Positions 44,761-59,365 of a DNA stretch of 64,000 nucleotides are shown here, piece by piece (the first letter of the stretch is position 1; every line of letters begins with the position of its first letter). This DNA is from the human T2T-CHM13v2.0 reference genome, Homo sapiens: NCBI RefSeq assembly GCF_009914755.1, contig NC_060929.1; one strand, 5' to 3'. The position numbers were made by a program, and so were the translations under genes. The notes below the pieces were generated by a model, which had not been told where the DNA came from, ran no database searches, and saw only the letters and a list, made by a program, of their open reading frames with translations.

Positions 44761-45314
44761 ACATACATGGTTCTTTATAGTTACAATGAATCTCATTACC
44801 AGTTCAATGAAGTGAATGGTTCCCACACTCAGAGGATACTCTTTTGTTAACACCTGTACTTTAACCAAGAAAGGCTGGGATATGACTGTCAGCGATGGGA
44901 CATTTTTATTTTCTGTCCTCTAGGAGTTGATTAAATAAGTTCTTTTTCACAAAAATCATTGGGCTAATTTAAATTTCTCACAGAATGGCTAAATTATTCC
45001 TCATAGCTCTTTCTGAAACACTGGCCTTCCTAGGTTCCTAAGAACAGAAAAGCCAGTTAAGCTGTTGTATATACAAGGGCAATGATGGCAACAGACTTCA
45101 CCTTGAGAGATTTAGTATCAGCTTCTCCGATCAAAAAAAAGTTTTAGGAATGATCTCAACATTAGGTATGCAACAAGATGCAAAATCCAGGCTCTTATTT
45201 TCTAAAACTCACTATTTGTATGAGCTTCATGACTTAAAGTATGACAGGAAGTTATTGGTTTTGAAATTCTGATACTAGAAATTACAAATATCCAGTAGAA
45301 CTTAATAACACATA

Positions 45315-47711
45315 TGTATTAGTCCATTTTTGCACTGCCGAAAAGAAATATCTAAGTCTGGATAATTTATAAAGAAAAGAGATTTAATTGGCTCATGGTT
45401 CCACAGGCTGTACATGAAGCATGGCTGAGGAGGCCTCAGGAGACTTACAATCATGGCAGAAGGTGAAGAGGAAGAAGGCACCTCTTCACATGGTCAGAGC
45501 AGAGGAAGAGTGAGAAAGGGGAGGTGCTACACACTTTTAAATAACCAGATCTCATGAAAACTCACTCACTATCACAGGGAGAGCAAGGAGAAGTTCTGCC
45601 CTCGGGATCCAATCACTTCCCACCAGGCCCCTCCTTCAACACTGGAGATTACAATTTGAAATGAGATTTGGGTGGGGACACAAATCCAAACCATATCATT
45701 CTGCCCGTGGCCCCTCCCAAATCTCATGTCCTTCTCACATTACAAAAGACAATCATTCCTTCTCAATAGTCCCTCAAGTCTTAACTCACTTCAGCATTAA
45801 CTCAAAAGTCCACAGTCTAAAGTCTCATCTGAGACAAGGTTCATTGCTCCCACTTATGAGCCTATAAAATAAAACACAAGTTAGTTACTTCCAAGATGAA
45901 ATGGGGGGAAATGCATTGGGTAAATACTCCCTTTCCAAAGGGGAGAAATCTGCCAAAAGCAGGGGTGACAGACCTTGTGCAAGTCCAAAACCCAGCAGGG
46001 CAGTCATTAAATCTTCAAGCTCCAAAATAATCTCCTTTGACTCCATGTGTCAGATCCAGGCAACACTGATCCAAGGGGTGGACTCCCAAGGCCTTGGGCA
46101 GCTCTGCTCCTATGGCTCTGCAGGGTACAGCCCCTGCAGCTGCTTTCATGGGCTTTCATGGGGTGTTGAATGCCTGAGGCTTTTCCAAAAGCATGGTACA
46201 AGCTGTCAGTGGATCTACCATTCTATTCTGGGGTCTGAAGGATGGTGGCCCTCTTCTCACAGCTCCAATAGGCAGTGCCCCAGTGGAGACTCTGTGTGGG
46301 GGCTCCAAACCCACATTTCATCTTGGCACTGCCCTAGTAGACATTCTCCATGAAGCCTCCACCCTTGCAGCAGACTTCTGCCTGGACATCCAGGCATTTC
46401 CATACATCCTCTGAAATACAGGTGCAGGCTCCCAAGCCTCAACTCTCACACTCTGCACCCCTACAGATTTAATACCATGTGAAAGCCACAAAGTCTTATG
46501 GTTTGCACCTTCTGAAGCAACAGCCTGAGCTGCCCATTGGCTCCTTTTAGCCATTGATGGAGCTGGAGCAGCTACAATGCAGGGGGCCATGTCCTGAGAC
46601 TGCACAGAGCAGGAGGGCCCAGGCCCTGGCCCACAAAACCATTCTTCCCTCCTACACCTCCAGGCCTGCAATGGGAGAAGCTGCCTTGTAGATCTCTGAA
46701 ATGCCTTCAAGGCATTATCCCCATTATCCTGGCTATCAACATTTGGCTCCCCTTTACTTATGCAAATTTCTGAAGCCAGCTTGAATTCCTCCCCAAAAAT
46801 GGGTTTTTCTTTCCCACCATATGGCCAGGCTGCAAACTTTTCAAACTTTTATGTTCTGCTTCCCTTTTAAATATAAGTTCTAGTTCTACATATTTTTTGC
46901 TCATGAATATGAGCATAAGCTTCTAGAAGCAGCCAGGTCATATCTTGAATGTTTTGCTGCTTAGAAATTTCTTCCATCACATGGCCTAAATCATCACTCT
47001 CAAGGTCAAAGTTCATAGATTTCTAGAGCAGGGGCACAATACTTCCAACCTCTTTGCCAAGACATAACAAAAGTGATCCTTGCTTAAGTTCTCAGTAACT
47101 TTCACATCTCCATCTGAGACCTCTTCAGCCTGGACTTCATTGGCCATATCACAATAATCAGTTTGGTCACAATAATTTAAGAAGTCTCTAGGAAGTTCCA
47201 AACTTTCCATCATCTTCCTGTCTCCTTCGGAGCCCTCCACACTCTTCCAACCTCTTCCCATTACCCAATTCCAAAGCTGCTTCCACACTTTCAGGTGTCT
47301 TTATAGCTGTGTCCCACTTCTTGGTACCAATTTTCTATATTAGTCTGTTCTCGCACTGCTATAAAAAATACCTGATACTGTGTAATTTATAAAGAAAAGA
47401 GGTTTAGTTGGCACATGATTCCACAGGCTGTACTGGAAGCATGGCCTGGGAGGCCTCAGGAAACTTACACTCATGGCAGAAGGTGAAAAGGAAGGGGGCA
47501 CTTCTTCACACGACCAGGGAGGAAGAGAGCAAAGGCGGAGATGCTACACACCTTAAAACAACCAGATCCCATGAGAACTCACTATCATGATAATAGCAAG
47601 GGGGAAATTTGATCCCATGATCAAATCACCTCCCACAAGGCCCCTCCTCCAACACTGGGGTTTACAATTTAACATGAGATTTGGGTGGGGACACAAATCC
47701 AAAACATGTCA
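45315..47711 (-). mobile_element. Complete MaLR element, MSTA-type: LTRs 45315-45698 and 47336-47711
   Basis: Two similar LTRs ending atgagatttgggtggggacacaaatccaaa; internal peptide MWKQLWNWVMGRGWKSVEGSEGDRKM; TSD acata / acatt. Confidence 0.94.
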
Positions 47712-48595
47712 ACATTTATTATTTAAAACATTACCTTGTGTGTTTTAAAAATTGATATTTCTCTGAAGTATATTCTTATGACAAAATCATTTATGTCTGG
47801 AAATTATCTACGTAGTTTCAAAAGGTAAAAATAATTAAATCAGTAAGACATTAGAGATAATCTAAGTAGCAAAAGTGCTATAGAGATATGGAATATCAAA
47901 GTGGAGAAAAATTCCTAGTGAAATAAAAATTGAAAAGACATAAAAGTGTGATTTAATTGGGTCAATTGCCATGGGTTAATAAAGCTGTGGCTACTGACCA
48001 CATTAAGGCAAGGAGATAAGTTTTCACAAAGTACTTCAAGGAGGCTTGTCTTTTCTTACTTGCCTGCTTGCTTGCTTTTCTCCTTTCTTTCTTTTTTTAA
48101 TGTTGACAACAGAGATTAATGAGCAGCAATTCCTGCCAATTGAAACATTCATCTTTTTAGTTTATCTCCAGAAGATTAAACATAGTTCCAGAAAATTAAT
48201 CACTTTGTACAACCCAAAAATCTATACATTGCCTGATGAAATGTTTGATCAGCACATTTCATTTTCATGATGAACTGGGAAAAGATAAAAATAAAGTTTT
48301 TTTTACTGCAGATTATTGTAGATTGGCTTATTTAAAACAAACACATAGCCTGACATACAATCCACTGAAAACAATTTAAAAGCCAAATCATTTCCCGAGA
48401 AAAGCAATATCTTGCTGATAAAAACTGGTATGAGGCTGTAAGCCTCATGAGAGCCAGCATAGTGTTTTACTCACAGCTGCATTTCTAATACTGTTATATG
48501 GAGTAAATGTCCTCAGACCTTTTAAGTGAATGTATCTCTTCCATACAACAGCTTCCTGAAAAAGTCTGGATGCCAGAAGTTCCACATCAACTCAC

Positions 48596-48904
48596 CTTTT
48601 CAACCCACTCTTGAAATTGCCAAGCTCAGTACTCCAGTTCCAAATGCCTGCAACTTGTTTTGCAAACTTATGCGTATAATATTTTGAATCCTGGCCCTCA
48701 TAATCTATGCAACTGGGCTTTTCCTTGGGCTCCATCAATGTGCCATTGTAGGTAACAAATACTTCCACTGCCTGTCGTATCTCCTCAGAACTCATCTTAA
48801 CCAGGTGAGTTCACCCAATTTTTCAACAACCAAAGAGAATGAGATTAAGAGCTCACTCTTGAGAAAACAGCCAGGTATGGTTGTGGGCAATGGTTTATGA
48901 GTTT
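48596..48904 (-). other. Candidate spliced exon containing an ATG-initiated ORF open to the donor site
   Basis: Polypyrimidine tract plus TTTTTTCAG acceptor at 48905; donor AAG|GTGAGT at 48596/48595; ORF 48795-48592. No homology recognised. Confidence 0.3.
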
Positions 48905-51900
48905 CTGAAAAAAAGAAGCTTTTCAGAAGGAAAAAAAGAAAAGTATGTGACTACTTCTACTCTAAGTGAAAAGAAAACAGATAAATGATTCGTCCCACAT
49001 AAACATCATAGGATCTCTCTGCTGATGCAGTTTTCATCTTGCACAGTACGTTATTGTACTAACGATGTCTCTTACTCTGCTCCCAACTTTCTAGTGAGGA
49101 AGGAACTATGTTTAAAATTGCTTCCCACCTGGGATGGCCATTCTCCTGCGGAAATTCCTTCATTTTGGGGGCTTGGAAAAACCTGCTCAAAATATGTAAT
49201 TCTTATGCAAGTACAGTCTGTGCACTGCACACCAGGCCTATGGTTCCTCACCAAAGCCCTATTTCTATTTTCTTTTCTTCAGCCTCTGAGTTTCAAGCCA
49301 GTAATTTTCCTCTTCTGACTTCAAGGGAAAGACCAAATTCAAAAAATAAACATAAAAGTTATTTCCTTAGTATACATGCATTATGTATAATAAGATTATT
49401 ATAAGCTTCTCCTTTTCAGAATATCAACCACCAGAGATAGGTATTATGAATTACATTCTACAGGCACTGCCCAATTTTCACCCTGGTACCTACACATTCA
49501 TGCTCAATAGTTTCCCATTTAAAAATGTCTTGCCATAATCATGTACTGTATGTGCAGAATCATACTTCACTATTCCCAAAGGGGAATAAAAATAACTCAG
49601 TACAGCAGGCTAAGAGCACACTGTTTCATGTTTCCAACAGAATATCTCTTTGAAAAACAATCCTCGTGGATTGTAAATAATGGCATCAACCAATCACCAC
49701 TTGAGAAGAAAACTAACACAGTAATTGAGATTTCTTCCTAGAGTGACCAAGAGAATGGCTCGCCTATTTTTACAAGAGTTAAAAACAAGCTGCAAGCTCC
49801 CAGTCTGTCCTCTGTCCTTATAAAGAGTCAACAACATTTTGTCGTCTATCAATATCCCATTTGGTGTATCTCAACCTGCTGGGGATTTTTGTGTCTTAGT
49901 TTATTAAAATAAATGTTGTACTTTCTTGGTGTGACCAAAAATAAACGATGGCTCATACTGTGCGTGGGTTCTTGCTCATGGCAGTCCAGACTGCTAACAG
50001 ATTGCTAATATGTTAACAGCGCTATTATAAGACTCTCAAAGATGCAATTTTTAATGCCATTTGTGAAGTTGAATTCTCCACGGTAAAAGAGTATTGCATG
50101 GGAATGTCGGGATAGATGCTGAGAAGTCCATACACTTTCTACATGCAGATATGTCTGCAGATGTTTAAGAGCTCCAGATGGCTGAGCTTTTTAAGGTAAC
50201 ATTCTCCACGATGTGCCCATTCTGGGCACCAGAATATTGGATGAAATGGTATAATAGAATCTGTGCCTTTTGGCCAAGATCTGCATATCATAAAAGGTAC
50301 TCTAAATGCAGAAGTTTCTAGAAATGATGGAGGTTATAAAAAATTAAGATTGATTGTACTCAAATAATGGAATTAGATATATTTTTGTTATTTCTTCCAA
50401 AGATACTAGTGAAAATCTTTAGCCAGACATGACTCAAGAGTGTCTCTAGTTCTAGTATAATCCATGTTTTCTATGTATTATTTACATGTGTTACTATTGT
50501 TTTTACTCTTAGGCTGTTTGTCCTACAGAGTCTTGGCACTAATATTGTAAAGTGAGATTCTGGCTTTAGCTAGGAAGAGGAAAAATATCTGAGAACAAGA
50601 AAATATATCTGACACATGGACCATGCTCTATAAATGCATTCCAGTAAAGTTTCATGGAAGGATATGTCCTAATTTTTTGAAAATTATGTGTTCTGTTTCT
50701 AAAAGTTGCTTGTTATTGCTAAGAAGAAATTCTGTAAAAGTTTATCATGGTTGCCTCCCTCAATCTTCAGATAAGTACTGTTGGTAAGACTCAGTCATTG
50801 ATCTAGATTGACCAAGATAGGTGTTCACACAAACAAATGTCATCAAACAGTTAGTGGGTACTATAGCGAATACTCTATAATCATAAAATTCCTACAAGAT
50901 TATAAACATTCTAATTTTACTTTTTATTATTCAACACTCTTTTTTCAAAATAAACAATATTCATTTGTTTCTAAAATTGAAGTCATAAAGGAGTCATCTG
51001 ACTTTAAGCAGAGCAAAATTCAGGTGCCCACATAACATTTTATTGGTTCTCTCATTCTCTCCAGTAATTGTTTTCCATTGTGCTGACTTTAGTTGGAAGC
51101 ACATTTGTTTAAAAATATTTAAACATCCTTCCAGACTTGCCATCCCATTAGATTTTCTAGTAATTTCACCTAAAATCTTAGCACTATTGTTCACTCATAC
51201 TCTTTGACTATGCCTAAGTCATGTGCTTACCTCTGAATTCACAGAGCAGGTTCAGCACCAACTGAAATGTAAACATTGAATCTAAGGGAAGGCTAGCTCC
51301 CAAAAGAAGCCCAGGAAGCTGTTATTAGAAGGGAGCTGAATGCATGCTGTGCTGACCAAAACAATAGGTACCCACTAAACCTTCATCTTGCAAAGAATTA
51401 CATTGGAAGCTTTGATAATGTGTCAAGTAAGTAAAACAGAAAGTCACACCCAGGCTGGCTGACCCCAAAGTCACTCTTGACAAACGTACCACACTCTCTA
51501 TCAGTATCAATTAGATTAGCTCTAGTCTACAATAAAACCTAAGATTGTTTACGCTGATCCATTCTCTAGAACAGTAATTTAACAAGCGGAAGTAGATCTG
51601 TTTTCTTCACAAATTTAATCTGTGAATTTTGCTTTTATATTTTGCTTTTAAAAAAGCAAAATTCAGGTTTATATATGCATAACAAAGAGGTATATTCCAC
51701 TGGGATCCTGCCCTACCATAAGGGCATAGTATAAAGAGCCTCAAATTCCCAGATGGAAAGAAATCTCAGTCAAATGCATCGTCAATATTTAGTTGTAGTT
51801 TTGAGTTTTTATATTATTTTAAGTGTAAGCAATGTATTTAAACCTGATTTCTATAAGCATAGCTCTGCAATGTGACAAAACAAAGAGCTAAGGCAGACAA

Positions 51901-51984
51901 AATAGAGGGTAATTAAAAGAATTTTCTTATAGTATCTCTTTTTAAAAACTGCCATTTCTCACTCTTTCTGATCAATGATAATAA

Positions 51985-53452
51985 TTTATTTATTCTTATT
52001 TTTTATTTTTGTGGTTACATAGTAGATGTATGTATTTATGGCATACATGAAATGTTTTGATACAGGCTTGCAATATGAAATGAACACATTGTGGAAAATG
52101 GGGTATCCATCCCCTCAAGCATTTATCCTTTGAGTTACAAATAATCCAATTACACTCTTTAAGTTACTTTAAAATGCACAGTTAAGTCATTATTGACTAT
52201 AGTCACCCTCCTGTGTGATCAAACAGTAGGCCTTATTCATCCTGACTATGTTTTGTACCCATTACCCATTCGTATCACCCTTCCAGCCCCCGACTACCTT
52301 CTCCAATCTGCCTACGTCTATGTTCATAAGTTCAATTGTTTTCATTTTTAGATCCCACAAATAAGTGAGAATATGAGATGGTTGTCTTTCTGTATCTGGC
52401 TTATTTCACTTAACATAATGATCTCCAGTTTCATCCATCTTGTTGCAAATGACTGGATCTCTCTTTTTTTTTATGGCCAAACAGTACCTCATTGTTTATA
52501 TGCAGCACATTTTCTTTATTCATTTGTCTCCTGATGGACACATAGGTTGCTTCTGAATCACAGCTATTGCCAGCAGTGCTGCACAAACACAGGAATGCAG
52601 ATATCTCTTTGATATACTGATTTCCTTTATTTTAGGTATATACCCAGCAGTGGGGTTGCTGGATCATATGGTAGCTCAATTTTTAGTTTTTTTTAGGAAC
52701 CTCCAAACTCTTCTCCATAGTGGTTGTACTAATTTATTAATACATTCCCACCAACAGCATACAATGGCTTTCTTTTCTCCACATCCTCGCCAGCATTTGT
52801 CATCGCCTGTCTATTGGATCTAAGTCATTTTAACAGGACTGAGATATCTCATTATAGTTTTGATTTGCATTACTTGACAATTAGTAATGTTAAGCACCTT
52901 TTCATATACCTGTTTGTCTTTTGTCTGCCTTCTTTTCAGAAACGTCATATTCAAATTTTTTGCCTATTTTTGATTGGATCATTAGATTTTTTGCCTGTAG
53001 AGTTGTTTTAGCTCCTTACATATTCTGGTTCTTAATCTTTTGTCAGATTGGTAGCTTGCAAATATTTTGTCTCATTCTGTGGGTTGTCTCTTCACTTTGT
53101 TGATTGTATCCTTTGCTGTGCAGAAGCCTTTTGACTTGATGTAATGTCATTTGTCCATTTTTGTTTTGGTTGCCTGTGCTCACGATGTATTGCTCAAGAA
53201 ATGTTTGCCCAGACCAATGTCTTAGAGATTTTCCCTAATGTGTTCTTGTAGTAGTTTCATAGTTTGAGGTCTTAGATTTAAGTCTGTAATCCATTTTTAT
53301 TTAATTTTTATATATGGTGAAACATGGGGTCTAGTTTCATTCTTCTGCATATGTATATCCAGTTTTCCCAGCACCATTTATTGAAGAGACTGATTTTTCC
53401 CCAGTGGATGTTCCTGTCATCTTTGTGGAAAATGAGTTCACTATAGGTGTGG
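51985..53452 (-). mobile_element. L1MA (about L1MA2/3) 3' end
   Basis: aatggggtatccatcccctcaagcatttatcctttg 3'UTR signature; ccagcaccatttattgaagagactg. Confidence 0.9.
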
Positions 53453-54544
53453 ACAATCACTTTTAAAAAGGGTTTCTGAGGTTGGAGAATAGGTCAAGAC
53501 TTACAGAACTAGATGTATCTGATCACATAGGACTGTAGCCTACGATCTGAGTCCTATATGGCCTGCTCTCCAGCTAACTAGCCTCTCACTATGACTTCTA
53601 ATTTAAAAAAAATGCTCATTACACCACAGCTTTCTCGGAAGAGCTCATGCTGCTTTATAGAAAACATCTTCAAAAGCAAGGAAGAAAATATCCATTGTCT
53701 CACACAGTAGTCATGTTAATTATGACATTATCATTTTCAAGATGAGTAAACATAGAGGTTAAATTACTGTGGAAGGTAACGCATTTCCTGTTTGAAGGAG
53801 AGTGGCGATTTTGTTTGTAAAATTTGGAGACCTTTAAACAGACAGCATTATCTAAGCAGTCACAGATCAACAATCACTGCACCCTCTGGCTGTAGCAGGG
53901 AATGCATATACCCTCATATATCATGTGTTGTTGTTTCTCTCCTACATGAGTAATTAATTAATCTTTGTAATGATGCATAAACTGCTAGATTTTTTCAGTT
54001 TTGCATTTAGTTTTATGTAAAATATCATAAATTTATTTAAAGATGTTTCTCCTAAATCTCATGAAATGTTGGTATTTTAACCATATCATATAACTGAAAC
54101 TCTATAACCTCAATTTTGTAGTAATTTAGCATATGAAAAAAACGTGGAAAATTGCATATATGTAGCTAATTCAACTAAAACGTAGTAACTTTCAAATTCT
54201 TTTTTTAACCCAAGATACAAGTCCAAGTGGCATCAACAGCAAGCCTATGTGGGAATTCCTAGATAGGTTAGTGAGAAAAGTGGACTTTTATGACTGAAGG
54301 TCCATCCAGCAAGTTATTTGATGTTACACCAACCATTTTTCTATTCTTAACTTTCATAATGACAAATGTTAAGCATCTGTTTTCTGATGCTTTAGAGTAT
54401 TATAAAAATGTAATGAAGCCATTTGAACTATCTAAGTACCCTTAAGACAGCTCAATTCCTAAAGAAATTGTCAATATTGATGTGTTGACCAGAAATCCTT
54501 ATTCATAGAACATAAAAAGATTTCACTCAAGATTGTATTCACTT

Positions 54545-54700
54545 CCAGACATGATGGCACAAGTCTGTAGTCCCAGCTCTTTCGGAGGCTGAGACAGGAG
54601 GATTGCTTGAGCCCAGAAATTCAAGGCTGCAGTGAGCTATGATATCAGGCACCACTGTACTCCAACCTGGACCACAGAGTGAGACCCTATTTCTTTAAAA
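54545..54700 (+). mobile_element. FRAM/FAM Alu monomer
   Basis: Single right-arm-type monomer; degenerate TSD aagattgtattc / ataattatattc. Confidence 0.85.
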
Positions 54701-54714
54701 ATAATTATATTCCT

Positions 54715-54830
54715 AAAAATTTTATTTTTTTACTGAGCAAATATGTATCCCAGTATATTAATTAAAATACACTATAGTAGACAGAATAAATGAGACAAAT
54801 TTTCTGCCTTCATGTGGCTTTCAAGATAAT
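54715..54830 (-). mobile_element. L2 3' fragment
   Basis: tttactgagcaaatatgtatcccag...ttctgccttcatgtggcttt. Confidence 0.55.
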
Positions 54831-56541
54831 AATGTTCATTAAGCATGTATAATAATTTTAATACAGTTAAGATGTATTAATAATTTCTGTCATAAATTAA
54901 ATACTATCTTCCATGGAATTTTAGAATAAAGAGTGGCTATTTTCAGGTAAGACTGTAATGTTAAGAACAAAAAGGAATGACTCTGTGGATCAGGAAACAT
55001 TTGAAGAAGTCCTTCAAGAATAGTCACAATTTTTAATTCAATAGGCATTGAGTCAATATGACACAGAAATAGAAAGGCACATAGATAGTTCACACACGAA
55101 TCGGAACCAAAGCACAAAGGACTGAACAGAAGACCATATAATTAAAATACACTAGAGATATCAACTTTTCCCCCAACCCCAACATTCCCTTCTTGGAGAA
55201 CATACTTAATCCAGAGGAGCATGGTTTATATTATACACAACATTGGCCACACCTGGTTTAACCAGATTGGGCACAAGATCAAATCCAGGACAATCACATA
55301 TTTTCTTTTAGAAATTCGTATTTGTTACAAACAAAGATTCAAGATGGTCTGTATGAGCTTTTCGATTTGGACAGCACTTTGAGTAAGGGTTGAAGCAGAT
55401 AATCTGAGGGCAGATTTATTTGAATCAGAAAAAGCCAATGTGGATAGAGAGGAGAAAATTAGGTAGAAACAGAGAAAAGACCATGTGATCCCAGAAAGAG
55501 AGACAGACAGAAGGAAAACTTGCCCTGTTTCTTACCCATATAGTAATTCTAGTTGTGGTCCACCAAATCTTCTCTGTATGCTCTGCTCTTGCTATGCCTC
55601 AGTTCTCCCTATTCCTCTTCTATCAGTTTATATTGATTGCAAAAACACGAAGAAATATTTTGGATAAGCTAAGCAAAACTTGAAAAGATTGGAGATAAAC
55701 TAGGTAGCTTAGTTAATGACTGAATGTCTCATTTCAGGAAAGAAACAAGAGATGAAATGAGAACAAAAGCCAAGGCAGTTTGGAGTAACTAAACTGCTGA
55801 AGATATTGACCATTCTGATTGGGTGCTGCTGCTAGAGTTACAGGGATCTATCTGATCTATCTCCTATCTCTCTAATCAAGACTCAAAGTCCTGAAAGGGT
55901 TGAAAGGGAGCCTAATTTGACTAACTAGATCATGTACTAGTCAAGAGGGTTGTTACTTGCCCTTTGGCCAGAGTAGGGCAGGGTGTTTTGGTATGCAGTC
56001 TACAATAAGGCAACATATAATAAGAGAAATATAATTTTCCAAAACAAAACAGGAAATAGGGTTGTAGAAGAGAAGTATATGCCGGTGACCAAGGAGCAAT
56101 AGGCATCTGCCACCACTTCCTATCAATATATTTTAATAACTTAAGGTAGGTGAGATTTGATTTTTTGTACTGTAATGAGCCCCGTATAAGATCACAGACT
56201 AAGTAATTTTAATTTTATTTGTTTGACAGTGAGGGGATAGTGACAAATTTTAACAGCTTAATGGTATCGGAGCTATGTTGTAGGAAGGCTGCGTTACATG
56301 GAACAAACAGTGGAAGCAATCAGAAAACAGGAAGAAATAGAATGAGATTCTTCATCAGGGACTGTAATAATCTCAGGGAGAGATAATGAGAGGGTCAACA
56401 GAAAGACTATAAAGGAGCAGGCGTACAGCTGTTACCATATCTCCAGGAGAAAATGAATACAGTTTTATAATTGACCAATTTAAGGGGGAATAATAGAGAG
56501 CAATGTAAGAATAAAGCCACAGTGCATGGTAAGAGGAATTG

Positions 56542-56543
<2 letters not shown>

Positions 56544-56582
<39 letters not shown>

Positions 56583-56592
56583 ACACACACAC
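56544..56592. repeat. (CA)n microsatellite
   Basis: About 17 perfect CA units plus an imperfect tail. Confidence 0.97.
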
Positions 56593-57589
56593 TCCATTTA
56601 CATCAGAGAGGCACTAAATAGAGCAAAGTCATTGGAGCCACCATTCCCAAAGTAGAAAATAGACTAGGATTTAAAGAATGTTTGACATTTTATGTCACTG
56701 ACACACCCTGGGCAAACAGAGAATGCGCAGCTTCTCAGTTTGCCACAGAGAGCCATGAGGCTTGAAAGTCAGAACCAGAACCCTAGTAATAGGGAAAATG
56801 AGATTTATGCAGGAAACATTGTTTTGCTTCAGATAAAAACTTTTTGGAGATACATGCTACTTAGTAACTCAAGTATTGAAGGATGCAGCAAATCCGTAGA
56901 CTTTACCTTTTGGGAACTTCAAATAGAACAGATAATGGCTATTCATCCTTACTCTTGAAGATAAAAACAATATTTCCTTTCTTTCCCTTACCCATTCTGA
57001 ACAGTGTAGAGATGCTGATGAGCAAGTACCTGGTAGAAGTATGACATGTCACTCAAGATTACAGAGTGCATTATGGATGCAAGATAGACGCCAAGAGGAA
57101 ATCTTTGTGTTGAAGAAAGTAGTACTTGTCCTGTGGGAAACGATGAGGGTATGGTAGGTGGATGCTTGAGAAGAAGAGATAAGTCTCTATGAAAAGGAGC
57201 TTCTACAGGATAAGAAGCAAGACAATTAAACTTTTGTACCATAAAATTAGCCAGTAAAACTGAAAGAACAATTCTACAACAAGAAAATTGCTTCACTTGA
57301 TTTATACTCATATTGATAAAGAATTAGCTTGTTGCTGATCAACATGTACACTGAGAACAACTAGAAAAGCTGCCCAAAATATAAAAAAGATTTATGTTTG
57401 AAGACACTGGAGATACGTCAAGGCAGTGAAGATTTGCGGGCCAAGATCATGTAGAGAAAGAAAGCACAAAGAAAAATGAGCCCTACATCCAGTGCCACTT
57501 TTCCACTGTGGATACATAAATTCCAAAGCATCATCTGAGAATGTGATGAAAAACTTGTAGCTAAGAAGCTGAGATGATAAATACACTGT

Positions 57590-57902
57590 TCATCTTTCTA
57601 CAAGAGATTGAAAAAACAACACAAGCTAATAAAACTGGACACAAAAACATATTCTGTATAATTTCATTTCTACATATAATGGTAACTATTTTATATAAGC
57701 CAACTTATTTAAATTAAGATGTTGAAACTAAGAACACCTTGTATCTTTGGTGAGTAGAATGAAGATAGTGATATAGAAGCCAGAGACTAGCTTTTGGTAT
57801 GCTGGAAATAGTCTACTTTTGATCTATGCGGTGGGTTACAAAGGTATGATCAGGCTGTGATAATTCAAAAAGTTGAACACTTTAGATCTGTACATTTTTA
57901 CA
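57590..57902 (+). mobile_element. Old L1M (L1MC/ME) 3' fragment
   Basis: gacacaaaaacatattctgtataatttcattt; ggtatgctggaaatagtcta...ttcaaaaagttgaacactttagat. Confidence 0.6.
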
Positions 57903-59365
57903 TACAGGCATACCACAGATATATTGTGGGTTTGGCTCCAGACTACCATGATAAAACCAATTTGCCATAAAGCAAGTCACACAAATTTTTTGGTTTCCCA
58001 GTGCATATAAATTATGATTAGACTGTACTATAATCTATTAAGTGTACAATATCATTATGTGTAAAAATGTACCTTAATTAAACATACTTTATTACTACAC
58101 ATGCTAATGATTACCTGAGCCTTCAGCGAGTCACATTTTTGTGGTGGAACATCTTGCCTTGATGTTGATGGCTGCTGACTAATCAAGTGGTGGTTGCTGA
58201 ATGTTGGGGTGGCTGTGGAAATGGGTTGAAATAAGACAACAGTGAAGTTTGCCACATTAATTTACTCTCCTTTCCATGAAAGTTTTCTCTGTATCATGCT
58301 GTTTGGTAGCATTTTACCCACACTTGAACATCTTTCAAAATTGAATTTACTTCTCTCAAACCCTGCTGCTGTTTTATCGACTAAGCCTATGTAGTATTCC
58401 AAATCTTTTGTTATCATTTGAACAATGTTCACAGCATCTTCACCAGGAGTATATTCTATCTCAAAAAAAAAAAAAAAAAAAAACTTTCTTTTTTCGTTCA
58501 TTCATAAGAAGCAACTGCTCATCTATTAAAGTTTTATCATGAGATTGCAGCAATTCAGTCACATCTTCAAGCTCCACTTCTAATTCTAGTCTTCTTGCTA
58601 TTTTTGCCACATCTGCAGTGACTTCCTCCACTGAAATTTTGAACCCCTCATAGTCATCCAGGAAGGTTAGAATTTACTTCTGCCAAACTCTTGTTAATGT
58701 TGATATTTTCACACCCTCACATGAATCATGAATTTTCTTAATGGCATGCAGAATAGTGGATTCTTTCCAGAAGCGTTTCAATTTACTTTACCTAAATTCA
58801 TAAGAGGAATCACTGTCTATGGTAGCTCTAGCCTTATGAAAAAGATTTCTTAAATAATAAGACTTCGAAGTCTAAATTACTCCTTGGTCTATAGGCTGCA
58901 GAATGGATGTTGTGCTGGGAGGCATGAAAACAATATTAATCTTCATGCACATTTCCCTCAGAGCTACCGAGTGACCAGATGCCTTGCCAAAGAGTAGTAA
59001 TGTTTTGAAATAAATCTTTTTTTCTGAACAGCAGTTCTTAACAGTAGGCTTATAATGTTCACTAAACCATGCTGTAAACATAAAAGGGCTGTCATCCAGG
59101 CTTTGTCATTCCATGTATAGAGCAGAAGCAGAGTAGATTTAGCATAAAGCTTAAGGGCCCTATAACTTTTGGAATGGTAAATAGGCACTGGTTTCCACTT
59201 AAAGTAACAAGCTGCATTAGCTGCTAACAAGAAAGTCAGCCTGTGTTTTGAAGCTTTGAAGCCAGACATTGACTTCTCCTCTCTAGCTATTAAAGTCCTA
59301 AATGACATCTTTTTTTCAATATAAGACTCTTTCATCCACATTGAAAATCTGTTGTTTTGTATAGT

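Noticed and set aside
55200-56050. Possible old MLT1/LTR16-type LTR fragments
   Set aside because: Resemblance too weak to assign a family or boundaries without an HMM search.
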